A stretch of 64,000 nucleotides of DNA from an uncultured Anaerolineae bacterium (GTDB lineage Bacteria > Chloroflexota > Anaerolineae > VGOG01): assembly GCA_964625745.1 (NCBI GenBank), contig CAZVCJ010000004.1:1289-65288 (forward strand), written 5' to 3'. A program made the position numbers and the translations under genes. Shown here piece by piece: positions 26,075-37,400 of the stretch. Each line of letters starts with the position of its first letter. Positions within the stretch are counted from its first letter, which is position 1. The notes beneath the pieces are model-generated. The model was not told the DNA's origin. It searched no databases and saw only the letters and a program-made list of their open reading frames with translations.

Positions 26075-27649
26075 ATGAAGATCAAACGTGCATTGCTAAG
26101 TGTTTCCAACAAAGAGGGGCTGGTCGAATTCGCCCAGGGGCTGGCCGAGCTGGGCGTGGAGTTGGTCGCCACCGGTGGCACGGCCCGCGCCCTTAGAGAA
26201 GCGGAACTTGCTGTACGCCCAATAGAAGATGTCACGGGCTTTCCGGAGATCCTGGACGGGCGGGTCAAAACCCTGCACCCGGCTGTTCATGGCGGCATTC
26301 TGGCCCGCCGCGACCAGGCGCACCTGGCGGAGCTGGAGGCCCAGGGCATTGCCACCATTGATCTGGTGGCGGTCAACCTGTACCCCTTCGCCGAGACCGT
26401 TGCCAAGCCAGGGACAACGCTGGCTGAGGCCGTCGAGCAGATTGACATCGGCGGCGTGGCCCTGCTCAGGGCGGCGGCCAAGAACTTTGCCTACGTGGCC
26501 GTGGTGTCCGACCCCGCGGACTACGCCACCACCCTGGCCGAGTTGCGAGGGCAGGACGACCTCTCCCTCGCCACTCGCCAGCACCTGGCACTGAAGGCCT
26601 TCTGCCATACGGCCAGCTACGATGCGGCCATCAGCCGCTACCTGTCCACCCGTTTCGAGGAAGCAGCCTTCCCCGTCACACTGCACCTCAGCTTGACAAA
26701 GCTAGCTGACCTCCGCTACGGGGAGAATCCACACCAGCAGGCTGCTCTCTATAGCCTGGGTGCAACTGGGAGTCCTCTGGGTGGAAACCTGTTGCAGGGC
26801 AAGGTTCTGTCCTACAACAACATCCTGGACCTGGACGCCGCTTGGCGAATCGCGAGTGACTTCGCCGCCCCCACTGTGGCCATCATCAAACACGGTAATC
26901 CTTGCGGCGTGGCCAGCGACCCAAGCCTGGCCGATGCCTTCCGAGCGGCCCTGGCCAGCGACCCCGTCTCCGCTTTCGGGAGCATCATCGCCACTAATCG
27001 TCCCTTCGATGGGGAGGTGGCCCTGGCTTTGGGTGATCTGTTCGTCGAGGCCATCGCTGCCCCCGCTTTCACTTCCGAAGCGCTGGAGGTTCTGGCCGAG
27101 CGCCCCAACTGCCGCCTGCTGGAGATGTCGGACACGGAAGATTCGGCCTGGGAGATGAGGAGCGTGCAGGGCGGGATGTTGGTCCAGGAAGAGGATAGCA
27201 TCCTGAGCGGCTCGACTGAGCTCGCCGAAGTCCTGTCGAAGGGCACGATTGCTGAGGATGAAGCGGATTGGAAGGTGGTGACTGAGCGCAAACCGACGGT
27301 GGAGGAACTCGAAGCTCTGGGCTTTGCCTGGAAGGTGGCAAAGCACGTCAAGTCCAACGCCATCGTTTTGGTCCGCGGGATGGCTACGGTGGGGGTGGGG
27401 GCAGGGCAAATGAGTCGCCTGGACGCTGTGCGCCTGGCCGTGGCCAAGACTGGCCAACGGGCGCAGGGGGCGGTCCTGGCCTCCGACGCTTTCTTCCCCT
27501 TCCCCGATGGAGTGGAGGAGGCGGCCAGGGCCGGGGTAACGGCCGTCGTGCAGCCGGGGGGGTCCAGGGGCGATGCCGCCGTCATCGAGGCTGCCAACGC
27601 TCATGGCTTAACCATGCTCTTCACCGGGGTGCGGCACTTCAGACATTAG
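26075..27649 (+). CDS. purH: bifunctional AICAR transformylase / IMP cyclohydrolase
   Basis: 524 aa. ALLSVSNKEGL, GRVKTLHP, IIKHGNPCG, VVQPGGS.RD. Confidence 0.96.
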   Translation: MKIKRALLSVSNKEGLVEFAQGLAELGVELVATGGTARALREAELAVRPIEDVTGFPEILDGRVKTLHPAVHGGILARRDQAHLAELEAQGIATIDLVAVNLYPFAETVAKPGTTLAEAVEQIDIGGVALLRAAAKNFAYVAVVSDPADYATTLAELRGQDDLSLATRQHLALKAFCHTASYDAAISRYLSTRFEEAAFPVTLHLSLTKLADLRYGENPHQQAALYSLGATGSPLGGNLLQGKVLSYNNILDLDAAWRIASDFAAPTVAIIKHGNPCGVASDPSLADAFRAALASDPVSAFGSIIATNRPFDGEVALALGDLFVEAIAAPAFTSEALEVLAERPNCRLLEMSDTEDSAWEMRSVQGGMLVQEEDSILSGSTELAEVLSKGTIAEDEADWKVVTERKPTVEELEALGFAWKVAKHVKSNAIVLVRGMATVGVGAGQMSRLDAVRLAVAKTGQRAQGAVLASDAFFPFPDGVEEAARAGVTAVVQPGGSRGDAAVIEAANAHGLTMLFTGVRHFRH

Positions 27650-27707
27650 CAGATTCAGGTGCCAGGCACTTTCGGAAGTGCCTGGCACCTAAGTTGAGGG
27701 AGGGATC

Positions 27708-29015
27708 ATGAAAGTTCGTCGTCTCAGCCAGATGACCACAGATGAGATAGCCGCGTTGAAGAGGAGGTCGGGGCTGGATATTGAGTGGCTCTTGACTTCG
27801 GTAAAGCCCATCGTCGAGGACGTGAAGGCGCGGGGGGACGCCGCGCTTATCGAGTACACAGCCCGCTTCGACGGCGTGCACCTCTCCGCTGCCGACCTCA
27901 AGGTCTCCGAGGAGGAGGTCAGGCGTGCCTACGAGCAAGTTAGCCCGGAGACCCTGGATGCCTTTCGCCAGTCGGCGCGAAACGTCCGCGCGTTTCAAGA
28001 GCGTAGCATGCCTGAAGGGATGTGGCTGACGGAGATCGTCGAGGGGGTGCTGGTGGGACAGAGAGTCACGTCCATCGAGTCAGTGGGCCTGTACGTTCCC
28101 GGCGGCAAGGGAGACTACCCTTCGGTGATGCTGATGCTGGGCATTTGTGCTCAGGTCGCTGGGGTGAAGAAAGTCGTAGCCTGCACCCCTCCCACCTCCG
28201 AGGGGAGCGTCAACAGCGGGACACTGGTGGCCGCCGACCTGGCGGGCGTGACGGAGATCTACAAGCTTGGCGGGGCCCAGGCCATCGCAGCCATGGCCTT
28301 CGGCACCGAGACCGTGCCCAGGGTGGACAAGATCGTGGGGCCTGGCAGCCCCTACGTGATGGCGGCCCGGCAACTGGTGGCTGGCGTCGTGGATCTGGGA
28401 AACGTAGCGGGACCCAGCGAGGCCATCATCCTGGCCGACAGGGAGGCCGATCCCTGGAACGTGGCTTTGGACCTTCTCGTCCAGGGGGAGCACTCCAAAG
28501 ATGCCGCCTCCCTGCTGGTCACCCATAGCCAGGAACTGACTGGGCACGTCCAAGAAGCTCTGCCCGAACTGCTCGCCGATTTACCCGATGAGCGGCGGCA
28601 GATATGTGAGACCGTGCTATCCCAGTACGGTGGCGCCATCCTGACCGAATCCCTGGGCCAAAGCATCGATTTCGTCAACGACTACGCACCGGAGCACCTC
28701 CAGTTGGCCGTCCAGAACCCCCTGGCGGTGCTGTCACGGATACGCCATGCTGGTACTATCCTGTTGGGCCAGAGGACAACGTTCACCTTCGGCGACTTCT
28801 CTCTGGGGCCGACCAACGTCATCCCCACCGGCGGCTTCGCCAGGGTTCAATCCCCCGTATCCGTCCACGATTTCCTGAAGCACAACTCCGTGTGCTACGT
28901 TCTCGACCGTGCTGGGTTTGATGCCCTGGCCGAGGGCAGCGCGACCTTTGCCGAGTACGAGGGGTTTCCTGCTCATGCTATGGCTGTGAGGAGGAGGGAT
29001 GAGGCACCGAGTTAA
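27708..29015 (+). CDS. hisD: histidinol dehydrogenase
   Basis: 435 aa. VGLYVPGG, IVGPGSPYV, QGEHS.DA, NDYAPEHL. Confidence 0.95.
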   Translation: MKVRRLSQMTTDEIAALKRRSGLDIEWLLTSVKPIVEDVKARGDAALIEYTARFDGVHLSAADLKVSEEEVRRAYEQVSPETLDAFRQSARNVRAFQERSMPEGMWLTEIVEGVLVGQRVTSIESVGLYVPGGKGDYPSVMLMLGICAQVAGVKKVVACTPPTSEGSVNSGTLVAADLAGVTEIYKLGGAQAIAAMAFGTETVPRVDKIVGPGSPYVMAARQLVAGVVDLGNVAGPSEAIILADREADPWNVALDLLVQGEHSKDAASLLVTHSQELTGHVQEALPELLADLPDERRQICETVLSQYGGAILTESLGQSIDFVNDYAPEHLQLAVQNPLAVLSRIRHAGTILLGQRTTFTFGDFSLGPTNVIPTGGFARVQSPVSVHDFLKHNSVCYVLDRAGFDALAEGSATFAEYEGFPAHAMAVRRRDEAPS

Positions 29016-29048
29016 CAAGGCGACCAGGAATGAGGGTTCATTGTCTTG

Positions 29049-29077
29049 TTGCCAGGAACGTTGAAAGCTGGTATAAT
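29049..29077 (+). promoter_or_regulatory. sigma70-type promoter for hicBA
   Basis: TTGCCA (29049-29054), 17-nt spacer ending TGG (extended -10), then TATAAT (29072-29077). Confidence 0.55.
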
Positions 29078-29113
29078 GGTATTGGTTTGCAGGGCGTCTC
29101 AAAGGGAGGGGAG

Positions 29114-29356
29114 ATGAGCAAGTATAGGCTACCTTTGGTTATTGAGCCCCTGGAAGAGGGCGGGTATCTAGCTACCAGTCCTGCGTTTCCTGGGCTGTTG
29201 GTTCAGGCGGATACGGTGGAAGAGGCACTAGCCTTGGCCCCCGGCGTGGCCCGAGCTTTGATTGAGGCCATGCGGGAGAAAGGGGTGCCTTTGCCAGCGG
29301 GTTTGCAAGCGGTAGAAGCGCCGCCTTTTCGCACTGAGGTATTGGTGCTAGCATGA
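29114..29356 (+). CDS. hicB: HicB family antitoxin
   Basis: 80 aa: YRLPLVIEPLEEGGYLATSPAFPGLLVQADTVEEAL. GGGAGGGGAG RBS. Overlaps hicA by 4 nt. Confidence 0.8.
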   Translation: MSKYRLPLVIEPLEEGGYLATSPAFPGLLVQADTVEEALALAPGVARALIEAMREKGVPLPAGLQAVEAPPFRTEVLVLA

Positions 29357-29562
29357 GGTACCGCGAGTTGACCAAGAAGCTGAGGAAGCTGGATTGTGAG
29401 TTTGTGCGTCAAGCTCCTGGTTCTCACGAGATCTGGTGGAATCCAGCCAACCGTCGTTTTACTTCGATCCCTCGCCACAAGGGCAAGGATTTGCCCAAGG
29501 GGACAGTGAGAGCTATCTTGCGTCATTTGGGCATTGAGCCTGACGAATTCTGGCAGGCGTGA
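29353..29562 (+). CDS. hicA: HicA family mRNA interferase toxin
   Basis: 69 aa: MRYRELTKKLRKLDCEFVRQAPGSHEIW...IPRHKGKDLPKGTVRAILRHLGI. Confidence 0.85.
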   Translation: MRYRELTKKLRKLDCEFVRQAPGSHEIWWNPANRRFTSIPRHKGKDLPKGTVRAILRHLGIEPDEFWQA

Positions 29563-29570
29563 AGTGAGGA

Positions 29571-31244
29571 ATGTCAATGATCAAGCATGAAATCACCAAA
29601 TTGATCCAACAAGCCATCCGCAAAGCCCAAAGGGAGGGCGACCTGCCTTCTTTCACCGTACCCGAAATCCCCCTGGAGCACCCCAGGCAGACTGAACACG
29701 GCGACTACGCCACGCCCATCTGTCTGCAATTGGCCAACCTGGCCCGCATGGCTCCCATCAAGATAGCCAACATCGTCGTCAAGCATCTGCCGGAGACAGA
29801 CTACTTGGGCAAGATCGAGATTGCCCATCCTGGCTACATCAACTTCGCCCTGGGTGATGCCTGGCTGGCTCAGCAGGTGGAGGCGATCCTGGCGGCTGGC
29901 GAGGACTATGGCAACATTGACATCGGCCAGGGCAAGAAGGTGCAGGTGGAGTACGGCAGCGCCAATCCCACTGGCCCGCTGCACGTGGGCAGCGGGCGCA
30001 ACGTGGTGTTGGGCGATAGCCTGGCCAACGTGCTGGAGGCGGCTGGCTATGAAGTCCAGCGGGAGTACTACGTCAATGACGCCGGCTCGCAGATGCTACT
30101 TTTCAACGAGACCCTCTACGCCCGCTATGCTCAGGCCCTCGGCTGCGAAGGCCCTATTCCTGAAAAGGGTTATCGTGGAACTTACCTGGCCGAGTGGGGG
30201 CAAGAGATCGCCAAGGAGGAGGGCGACAAGTACTTGAACATGCCCCAGGCTGAGGCGGTGGCGGCCATCGGCAAGGTGGGGCTGGCCAAGGCGCTGGGCT
30301 GCATTGAAGGCGACGTGGAGCTATTGGGCATCCATTACGATCGCTGGTATTCGGAGCAGAGCCTCTACGACGATGGCTACTTCGCCAGGATCATGACCCT
30401 CCTCCGTCAGAGCGGGCACATCGTCGAGCGAGAGGGGGCGGTATGGTTCACGGCTACTGACCTGGGCGGGGACAAGGACGAGGTGATTGTTCGTTCCGAC
30501 GGCCAGCCGGGCTATTTCGCTTCGGACATCGCCTATCATTACAACAAGTTCGTGGCACGGGGCTTCGATTGGGTCATTGATATCTGGGGCGCGGATCATC
30601 AGGGCCACGTCCCGCGGATGAAGGCCATGATGCGCGCGCTGGGATTGGGCCCGGAGAGGCTGACCCTGCTCATCTATCAGTTGGTCACTCTCAAGCGCGG
30701 AGGCGAGGTGGTGCGCCTCTCCAGGCGCACTGGTGACATCATCACCCTGCGGGAGGTCATCGAGGACGTGGGCCCTGATGCGGTGCGCTTCTTCCTCCTG
30801 TCGCGCGCTGCGGACAGTCAGATGGACTTCGACCTGGACCTGGCCGTGGAGCAGTCGGCCGAGAACCCCGTTTACTACGTCCAGTATGGCCACGCCCGCA
30901 TCGCCAGCATCCTGCGGTACGCCAGGCAACCGATTCCCGATTTCGCAGATGGTGGCGTATCACTGTTGCGGCATCCCGCGGAATTGGCCCTCGTCCGCTA
31001 CATGCTACTGTTGCCCGAGGTGGTGGAGCAAGCAGCTGAGAACCTGGCCCCCCACTACCTGACCTACTACGCCCAGGACCTGGCCAGCGCGTTTCATTCC
31101 TTCTACAAAGAGTGCCGCGTCGTCTCCTCCGATCCCGCCGACGCCGAACTAAACAAAGCCCGTCTCAAGTTGGTCTCGGCGGCCCAGGTCGTGTTGGCCA
31201 AAACGTTGAGACTGATGGGCATGACTGCGCCGGAGAGGATGTGA
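29571..31244 (+). CDS. argS: arginine--tRNA ligase
   Basis: 557 aa. SANPTGPLHVGSGRN, GADHQGH, LSRRTGD, C-terminal DALR domain. Confidence 0.95.
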   Translation: MSMIKHEITKLIQQAIRKAQREGDLPSFTVPEIPLEHPRQTEHGDYATPICLQLANLARMAPIKIANIVVKHLPETDYLGKIEIAHPGYINFALGDAWLAQQVEAILAAGEDYGNIDIGQGKKVQVEYGSANPTGPLHVGSGRNVVLGDSLANVLEAAGYEVQREYYVNDAGSQMLLFNETLYARYAQALGCEGPIPEKGYRGTYLAEWGQEIAKEEGDKYLNMPQAEAVAAIGKVGLAKALGCIEGDVELLGIHYDRWYSEQSLYDDGYFARIMTLLRQSGHIVEREGAVWFTATDLGGDKDEVIVRSDGQPGYFASDIAYHYNKFVARGFDWVIDIWGADHQGHVPRMKAMMRALGLGPERLTLLIYQLVTLKRGGEVVRLSRRTGDIITLREVIEDVGPDAVRFFLLSRAADSQMDFDLDLAVEQSAENPVYYVQYGHARIASILRYARQPIPDFADGGVSLLRHPAELALVRYMLLLPEVVEQAAENLAPHYLTYYAQDLASAFHSFYKECRVVSSDPADAELNKARLKLVSAAQVVLAKTLRLMGMTAPERM

Positions 31245-31281
31245 GCGAAGAGTTTCGTGTTGCGAGTTCCGGGTTTCGGGT

Positions 31282-31310
31282 TTGACAACTCCAGGTCTTG
31301 GCAGTATAAT
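31282..31310 (+). promoter_or_regulatory. consensus sigma70 promoter for tRNA-Val
   Basis: TTGACA (31282-31287), 17-nt spacer, TATAAT (31305-31310). The tRNA 5' end is 11 nt downstream of the -10. Confidence 0.65.
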
Positions 31311-31320
31311 CAGAACTGAG

Positions 31321-31394
31321 GGGCGAATAGCTCAGTTGGATAGAGCGCTTCCCTTACAAGGAAGAGGTCACAGGTTCAAGTCCTGTTTCGCCCA
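31321..31394 (+). tRNA. tRNA-Val (anticodon TAC)
   Basis: Hand-folded cloverleaf. Acceptor GGGCGAA/TTCGCCC, D arm GCTC-AGTTGGATA-GAGC, anticodon arm CTTCC-CTTACAA-GGAAG, T arm ACAGG-TTCAAGT-CCTGT, discriminator A. Followed by CC-T, so no complete encoded CCA. Confidence 0.9.
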
Positions 31395-31421
31395 CCTTGA
31401 TTGATAATGACGCTCAAAACG

Positions 31422-31460
31422 AAAGGTTCTGGCGAATCGTCTGTCAGAACCTTTTGCTTT
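31422..31460. terminator. bidirectional intrinsic terminator shared by tRNA-Val and the giant ORF
   Basis: AAAGGTTCTG-13 nt-CAGAACCTTT, followed by TTTTGCTTT on + and TTTCGTTTTG on -. Confidence 0.6.
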
Positions 31461-31484
31461 GCGAAACTTTGGGGATATGGATGT

Positions 31485-34400
31485 CTAGGTCTTGCGCCTC
31501 CAGATCAGCGCAACCGCGAGGGCGGCGAGCACAACCAGCGCTGCCAACCCCAGCCACGACGCCAGCAACTCTAGCCTGTTCACCGGCACGATGATGCCGC
31601 CAACGGGCACTGGGGGCTGAGGAGGCGGCTGCCCAGGGCCCCCGGGTTCTGTGATGACGCCATTGGCGACGAGGTCGTCATCACCATCACCGCCATCGGT
31701 GATGGTGATGGTAATGACATTGTCACCATCGTTGTCACCCATGGGGATCTGGTACCAATGGTTGGCCGGATTGGCGACCGTCGGGCCATACTTCCAATAC
31801 TGGGTATCGGGGGGCATGTCGTCTGGCAGGGAGATAGTGACCTCCACTGTCCCGCCGGGAGCAAGGCCCTCGATGGTGAAGTTGAAAAAGCCGTGGAGGA
31901 AATCCAGGCTTGGGGCATCAGCAGGGGATGGATTCCCCACGCCGGCGATGAAGGAGAAGTATCCCGCGCTGGCCTGTAGGGTGAAGCTCCCCGACCCTGT
32001 GCTGGTTGGCAGATCGTTGGCTGTATCATCACAAGCGTTGCCCACACCATCTCCATCGAGGTCTTCCTGGCCAGGGTTGGCATGGTTGGGACAGTTATCG
32101 CAGGCATCGCCTGCCTCATCATCATCGGCGTCAGCCTGATCTGGGTTCGACACCAATGGGCAGTTGTCCTCATCGTCGGGAATACTGTCGCCGTCACTAT
32201 CAGACAGAGCAACCTCCACGTAGAGTGGCCCCTCCAGGCGTATGTTCCCGACCAGGTCGTGCGCTTCTAGCCAGAGAGCGTACGTGCCTCCCGTGTCGGG
32301 CCGCAGTGTGTAAACCCATTCCTCTCCGACGCGGGCCGTCAGGTCACGGTAGGAGGCTGCATCCGGCGGATCCACGCGCACGTAGACTTCGTCTACGCCA
32401 CCGCCATCGCTCACCTGGCCAGCCAGGACCAGCGTCGGCGACAACTCATACATCATGGTGATGACGACGGTGGTGGTCAGCGCCGGCGGCACCACGTCCA
32501 GTTGATAGGTCAGACTGATCGGCTCGGGCGTGCGGTTGCCCACACCGTCCAGGCCGTAGATAGAGAGCGTAACCGATAGGCCGTCTGCGCCCTCAATCAA
32601 GGGTAGTGGGTAGTTCCACCTCCCTGCTGTGGAGAGGGCTGCGCTTTGCGGCGTCAGGCTCAGGCGGCTGCGGTTGTACGTGCCTTCGTTCAGTAGTGGA
32701 TTGAGGTCGCAGATATTCAGTTGCCACATGCCCTGGGATGCCTCTCCGATGAAGGTGCTGAGCGACGAGAAGGGCTGTGCAGGCCGGTCGAAGTATGGTT
32801 CTGTCGGATCGTCCTGGATGGGCGCGTGCAGCGGCCCGCTGGCGGCGTCGTCGAGCCACACGTCGTAGTTGGCGAAGCCGTAGGTCGCGCCACTGGGAGC
32901 GATCACCAGGGCGCGCGTCCCCGACGGAGAGACCAATTCAGCCACGATCTCCTCACGAGCGGGATGGGTGGCGTTGAAGCCCAGGTCCACGTCGCCGACG
33001 ATGAAGGCATCGGCCACGGTGAAGGTTCGGGTGATCTCACCCCCACCACAGTAGGTCGTGGCGGTGATGACGTCGGTGATGATGCCGGTAATGACGATGG
33101 GCGCGGTAGGAACGTCGTCGTAGAAGTGGGCTGTGTCGGTGGGAGCCTGGGTGCTGAGCAAGGTGGCTGCTGACTCACAGACGGTTTCCTCGTCTACCTC
33201 GCGGCAGACCTGCACCACGACGCTGCTATGGGTGTCGCTGATCGGGCCGGTGAGCAACTCTCCACCCGGGCCAATGAACTGCCCGTCCACAGCGGCTCGC
33301 GCTTCGTCATCCAGCGCCACTGTCGGCGGCGTAGCATCCACCACTACGACGTGCCACGGTATCGTCCAATCGCTGACGTGGTCGTAGCCGTCGGTGGCCC
33401 TGGCCCGAAGCTCGAACTCGTCACCGTCGCTCCCGACTACATTCCATTCGCACGTCCACTGTCCATCGTGGGGCATGGCGTCGGGGCAATTGAGCACGGT
33501 GACGCCGCCCAGCGGGTCGCGCACCTCCACTTCCACCAGCGGCACGCCCGATGGGTCGGAGGCGTAACCGCGCACGGTGTTGGCACCCGGCCCGACGACC
33601 AGCTTCGGGACCTCAATGCCCACGTGCTGTGGCGGGTCAATGTCCACGGCGTGGTCGGCCCACACCCACTCCAGCGGCGGCTGCGTTGGGATGCCGGTCG
33701 TCCCGCTGAAGGGATTGCGGGCATCGAACACCAGGCCGTCCAGTATCGCCCACTGCAAAAGCTGGCGGCAAACCTCCGGCGGCAGGCCGTCCACGTTGAC
33801 ACAGCGCTCGTAGCGCCAGTTGCTCTCTACCTCCACGACCCCGCTGAAAGTCACTGTCACGGTGTCGCCGGGGGCGACGGAACCTACGTTCAGTTGCCGG
33901 TACTCCATGTAGCCTTGATCCAGGCGGCTGCCGTCCGGCAGGCTCAGGGCGGAGTAGGCCAGGACGAACGCCTGGACGTCCAGGGCCTCGCTCGTGCCCC
34001 GGTTGGAAACGCGCAAGGTGTAGCTGATGACGTCGTCCTGGCCCACTGGCGGGTGGGTGTTGTCCAGAAAGGTGAACTGCTGGCTCTTGGGGCCAGATTC
34101 CTGGAAGAGGGTCTCCCACTGCCAGAAAAGGTCGTCGCCGAACAGGGCGTAGGTGGTGCCCAGCGGCTCCACAGTAAGCTCCACGCGCAGGTCGCTATCC
34201 ACGAAACCCTGGCTGGTGGGCGGTTCCTGCAAGGCCTCGGTGTACGGGCAGAGCAGTGGCCCCAGGCTGGGCCAGCGGTAGAAATTCGGCAGCACGAAGT
34301 TGCGCTGCGTCGCCGCTTGCACCGCGGCCAGCGGATTGACGGCCAGCACGCTGTTGAGCAGGTTCCGGTCCGGCATGGCCGACCACAGGCGCAGGGCGTC

Positions 34401-37400
34401 TTCCTCGCTCGCCGCCGCCAGCAGGCCAAGAGAGTTGGTCGCCGGATTGGAGATGTCCAGCAGGTCGAACGGCAAGTACAGGTCCGTGATGCCGTTGTTC
34501 CACTGGTACTGCTCAGCCGTAAGCCAGAGGCTCAAATCCCATCCTTCGGTGACCTCGTTCCACTCCCACAGGGCGGCCGTCTCGCTATCCACCACCCACA
34601 CCAGGTAGTCGGCCTGCATGGCCATGCTCTGGAGCGCGGCGACGGTCTGGCTCTGGCGCACCTGTTCAAACTCTGGCCATTCCGACGTCACCAGCTCAGG
34701 CAGGTTACCCGGCAGGTAGATGCCGGGCGCGGGGCCGCCATAGGGATTGAGGAGCTGCGTTGCACCGCCCGACCTGGTGTCCAGGTAGATGAACAGGTCG
34801 CCTTCGACGTCCCAGTTGGCGCCGACCCAGGCCAGGCGCAAGGCGTTGGCATCCCAGGTAGCGTAGAATTCCTGGTTCTCAGAGAGGGATGCGCCGGTCG
34901 GGGCTCGGTCGGCCACGCTGCGGCTCCGTCCCATTTGCGTGCAGCCGCTGTCCATCCAGCCGTGGTAGAGGAGGCCGGTTGGCAACTGCGTGCGGATGAG
35001 GTCTGGCGTGAGGGGCGCGTCCACGTAGACCGGCCCCTCGGTCTGCTCCTGCCAGTTGCCATAGATGTCCACCGAAACGACGTGGGCGTACACCTCATGC
35101 GCTTCACTGATGACCTGAGTATAGCTGTAGGCCGTCCCTGCGGGGACATAAAGCGTCCCTTCCGTGTTCGTCGGGCTGTCGGTCCAGCCAACCCGGTAGC
35201 CCGCGACGCCGCTGCCGTCGGTAGACAGCGTCCACTCGATGACCAGTTGGTTGCCGTCGGTGATGGTCTGGCGCGGCTCAACGGGGTGGTACGCGCCCAG
35301 GGCATCGAAGTAGCCCAGCGTGATGGTGACGGCCTCGGGTGCTTGCATATCGAAGAGCAGCGTAGCAGTGGTGGCGTTGGTGTGACTGGCGAAGTCGGTA
35401 GCTCTGGCGGTGACGTCGTAATTCACACCGTCCGGATCGGCGTCATCGATGGGCCAGGTGTAGCGCCAGACGGGGCTGATGGCTTCGCCCGTCAGCGAAG
35501 CGGCGCCCCAGCCACGGTCGTCGGGGTTCACGTCCACGCGCGCTACGCCGAAGTTGTCCGCAGCGTTACCAGAGAGGACGGCCGCTCCCTGGGCAGCGCG
35601 TCGGGCCGTGGTGATGACCGTGGTGTCGAAGGTGGGTGGTGCCGGGGGCTGCAGGTCCACCGTGACCGTGATGGGGTGCGTCGTGGTCTGCACCTGGCTT
35701 ATCCAGTCGGACACTTCAGAATTGAGAGTGTAGTAGCCTTCACCCAGCGGTGTGTAGGATGTAGTCCACGTCGTTTCGGTGACTGCGCCAGGATCGGGCG
35801 AGTCGGGCCAGCCAGTATCGTAGAACGGTGCGCTGTTGACGGTGACGGTGAGGGTCTGCAGATAGTTCTCCGCGTAGGCCTGGCCTTCTACGCCGAAGGC
35901 TGCGGTCGTCGAGAACGCCGTGCCGTTGCTGGGGGTGATGACGGCCGAGTCCAGCGATAGTGGTGGTGGCGGCGTCGGCGTGGGCGTCGGGGTGGGTGTC
36001 GCTGTTGGCTCCTGGGTTGGTGTGGGCGTCGGACCCCATTCCGACGGTGGCCACGGCGTCGGTGTGGGCGGTATCGGCACGTCTATTGGATAGGTCGCCG
36101 TGGTGCAATGGTCGTAGGCATCGCAGACGTAGTGAGCCAGAAACGGAAGCGCGCCGTTGACCTGGCAGGTGGCCGTGATTCGAACCAGCCGGTTGGTGTC
36201 GGTGGTCACCTCGCTATACCAGGATGAAATCTCGTGGAAGTAGGTGCGCTGCCAGGTATCCTCAGGGCAGGGACAGCCGATGAAAGTATCCTCGTCCAGG
36301 TTCAAGTCCTCGACATAACAGGTCACCTCGGTAGGGCCAAACGGTAGGCTTAGCCATTTGAGGCCAGGCTCGGCGCGCGGAGCGGCCGTGTCTACCATCC
36401 CGTTCCAGACCGCCGCCTTGCCACCGTGATAGGGCCAGGGCTGTACGTCATGGCTCTCCAACCTGAGCTCGTAGAAGCCCTCCAGATCCGGCATCTCGTA
36501 GGTCCAGGTGGTCGTAGTGATGCCCCAGCCAGATTCAGCCAGCGTGGCGCGTCCGCTGTGGTAGTAGTACCATGACTTCCAGAGCTCGGCGACCGGCTCG
36601 AATTTCACGTACAGGATGCCGACGCCGCTGTCGACCGGTCCCGGATCGGTGATGACGCCGGTCAGGGTCACGTCGTTGCAGGCGATGGCGTCGGTGTATG
36701 GCCCCATGTATTGCAGGTCGGCTACTGGTGGGGTGTTGTCCACCTCGAACACACCGTAGACCGCTTCTGGTAAGTAGTTGCCCGCGTCGTCCCTGGCGCG
36801 CATGTAGAGGGTGTACACGCCGGTGGGGTTGGGCAGCGCATTTCCTTCGTTGTCAAAGGCAGGCAGTGCGTAGTTCAGCTCCCATTGATGGGCTGAACCG
36901 TCCCCGGCAGAGAATCTGAGGCTCGTCCAGCCACCGCCGGCCCTGACGTGCGTCTCTTCCTCCGGGCTTATCCGCCGACGATGCTGGCCTTGCAGCAGCA
37001 CGTACAGGGATCCATTGGTGCTGTCTTCTACTGTACCTTTCACCCAGACCCACCAGCGTCCCTGGCTGTCGTCCCAGGCCTTGCCGCGCACTTCGGTCAC
37101 AGTGAGCTGCGGCGGGGTGCGATCAATGAACACACCGATGCTGGAGGGATTGCCCACGTTGTCGGCAGGATCGTTGGCGCGGACGCTCAGGGTGTGCCAC
37201 CCTTCCCCCACAGCACTGGTGTCCCAATCCCAGGTCCAGGTCTCTGCGCCGTCGGCTTCCTGCCACGCTCCACCATCCACCCTGACCTCCACCTTGGTCA
37301 CGTAGGTGTTGTCCCGCGCCTCGCCGCCGATGGGCAGCGTGCCGGTTTCGCCAATGTGCTGGTCGTCGGCCAGCGAGGTGATGTCTGCGGTAGGCAGGGT

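Noticed and set aside
33228-35960. A 910-aa plus-strand ORF, and many other long ORFs antisense to annotated genes (for example 4806-5750, 5811-6800, 14719-15741, 26702-27604, 42882-43895, 48301-49194, 50933-51724).
   Set aside because: Each lies entirely inside a strongly supported gene on the other strand. Their translations are Arg/Gly/Ala/Pro/Val-rich low-complexity strings with no motifs. They are typical shadow ORFs of GC-rich DNA.
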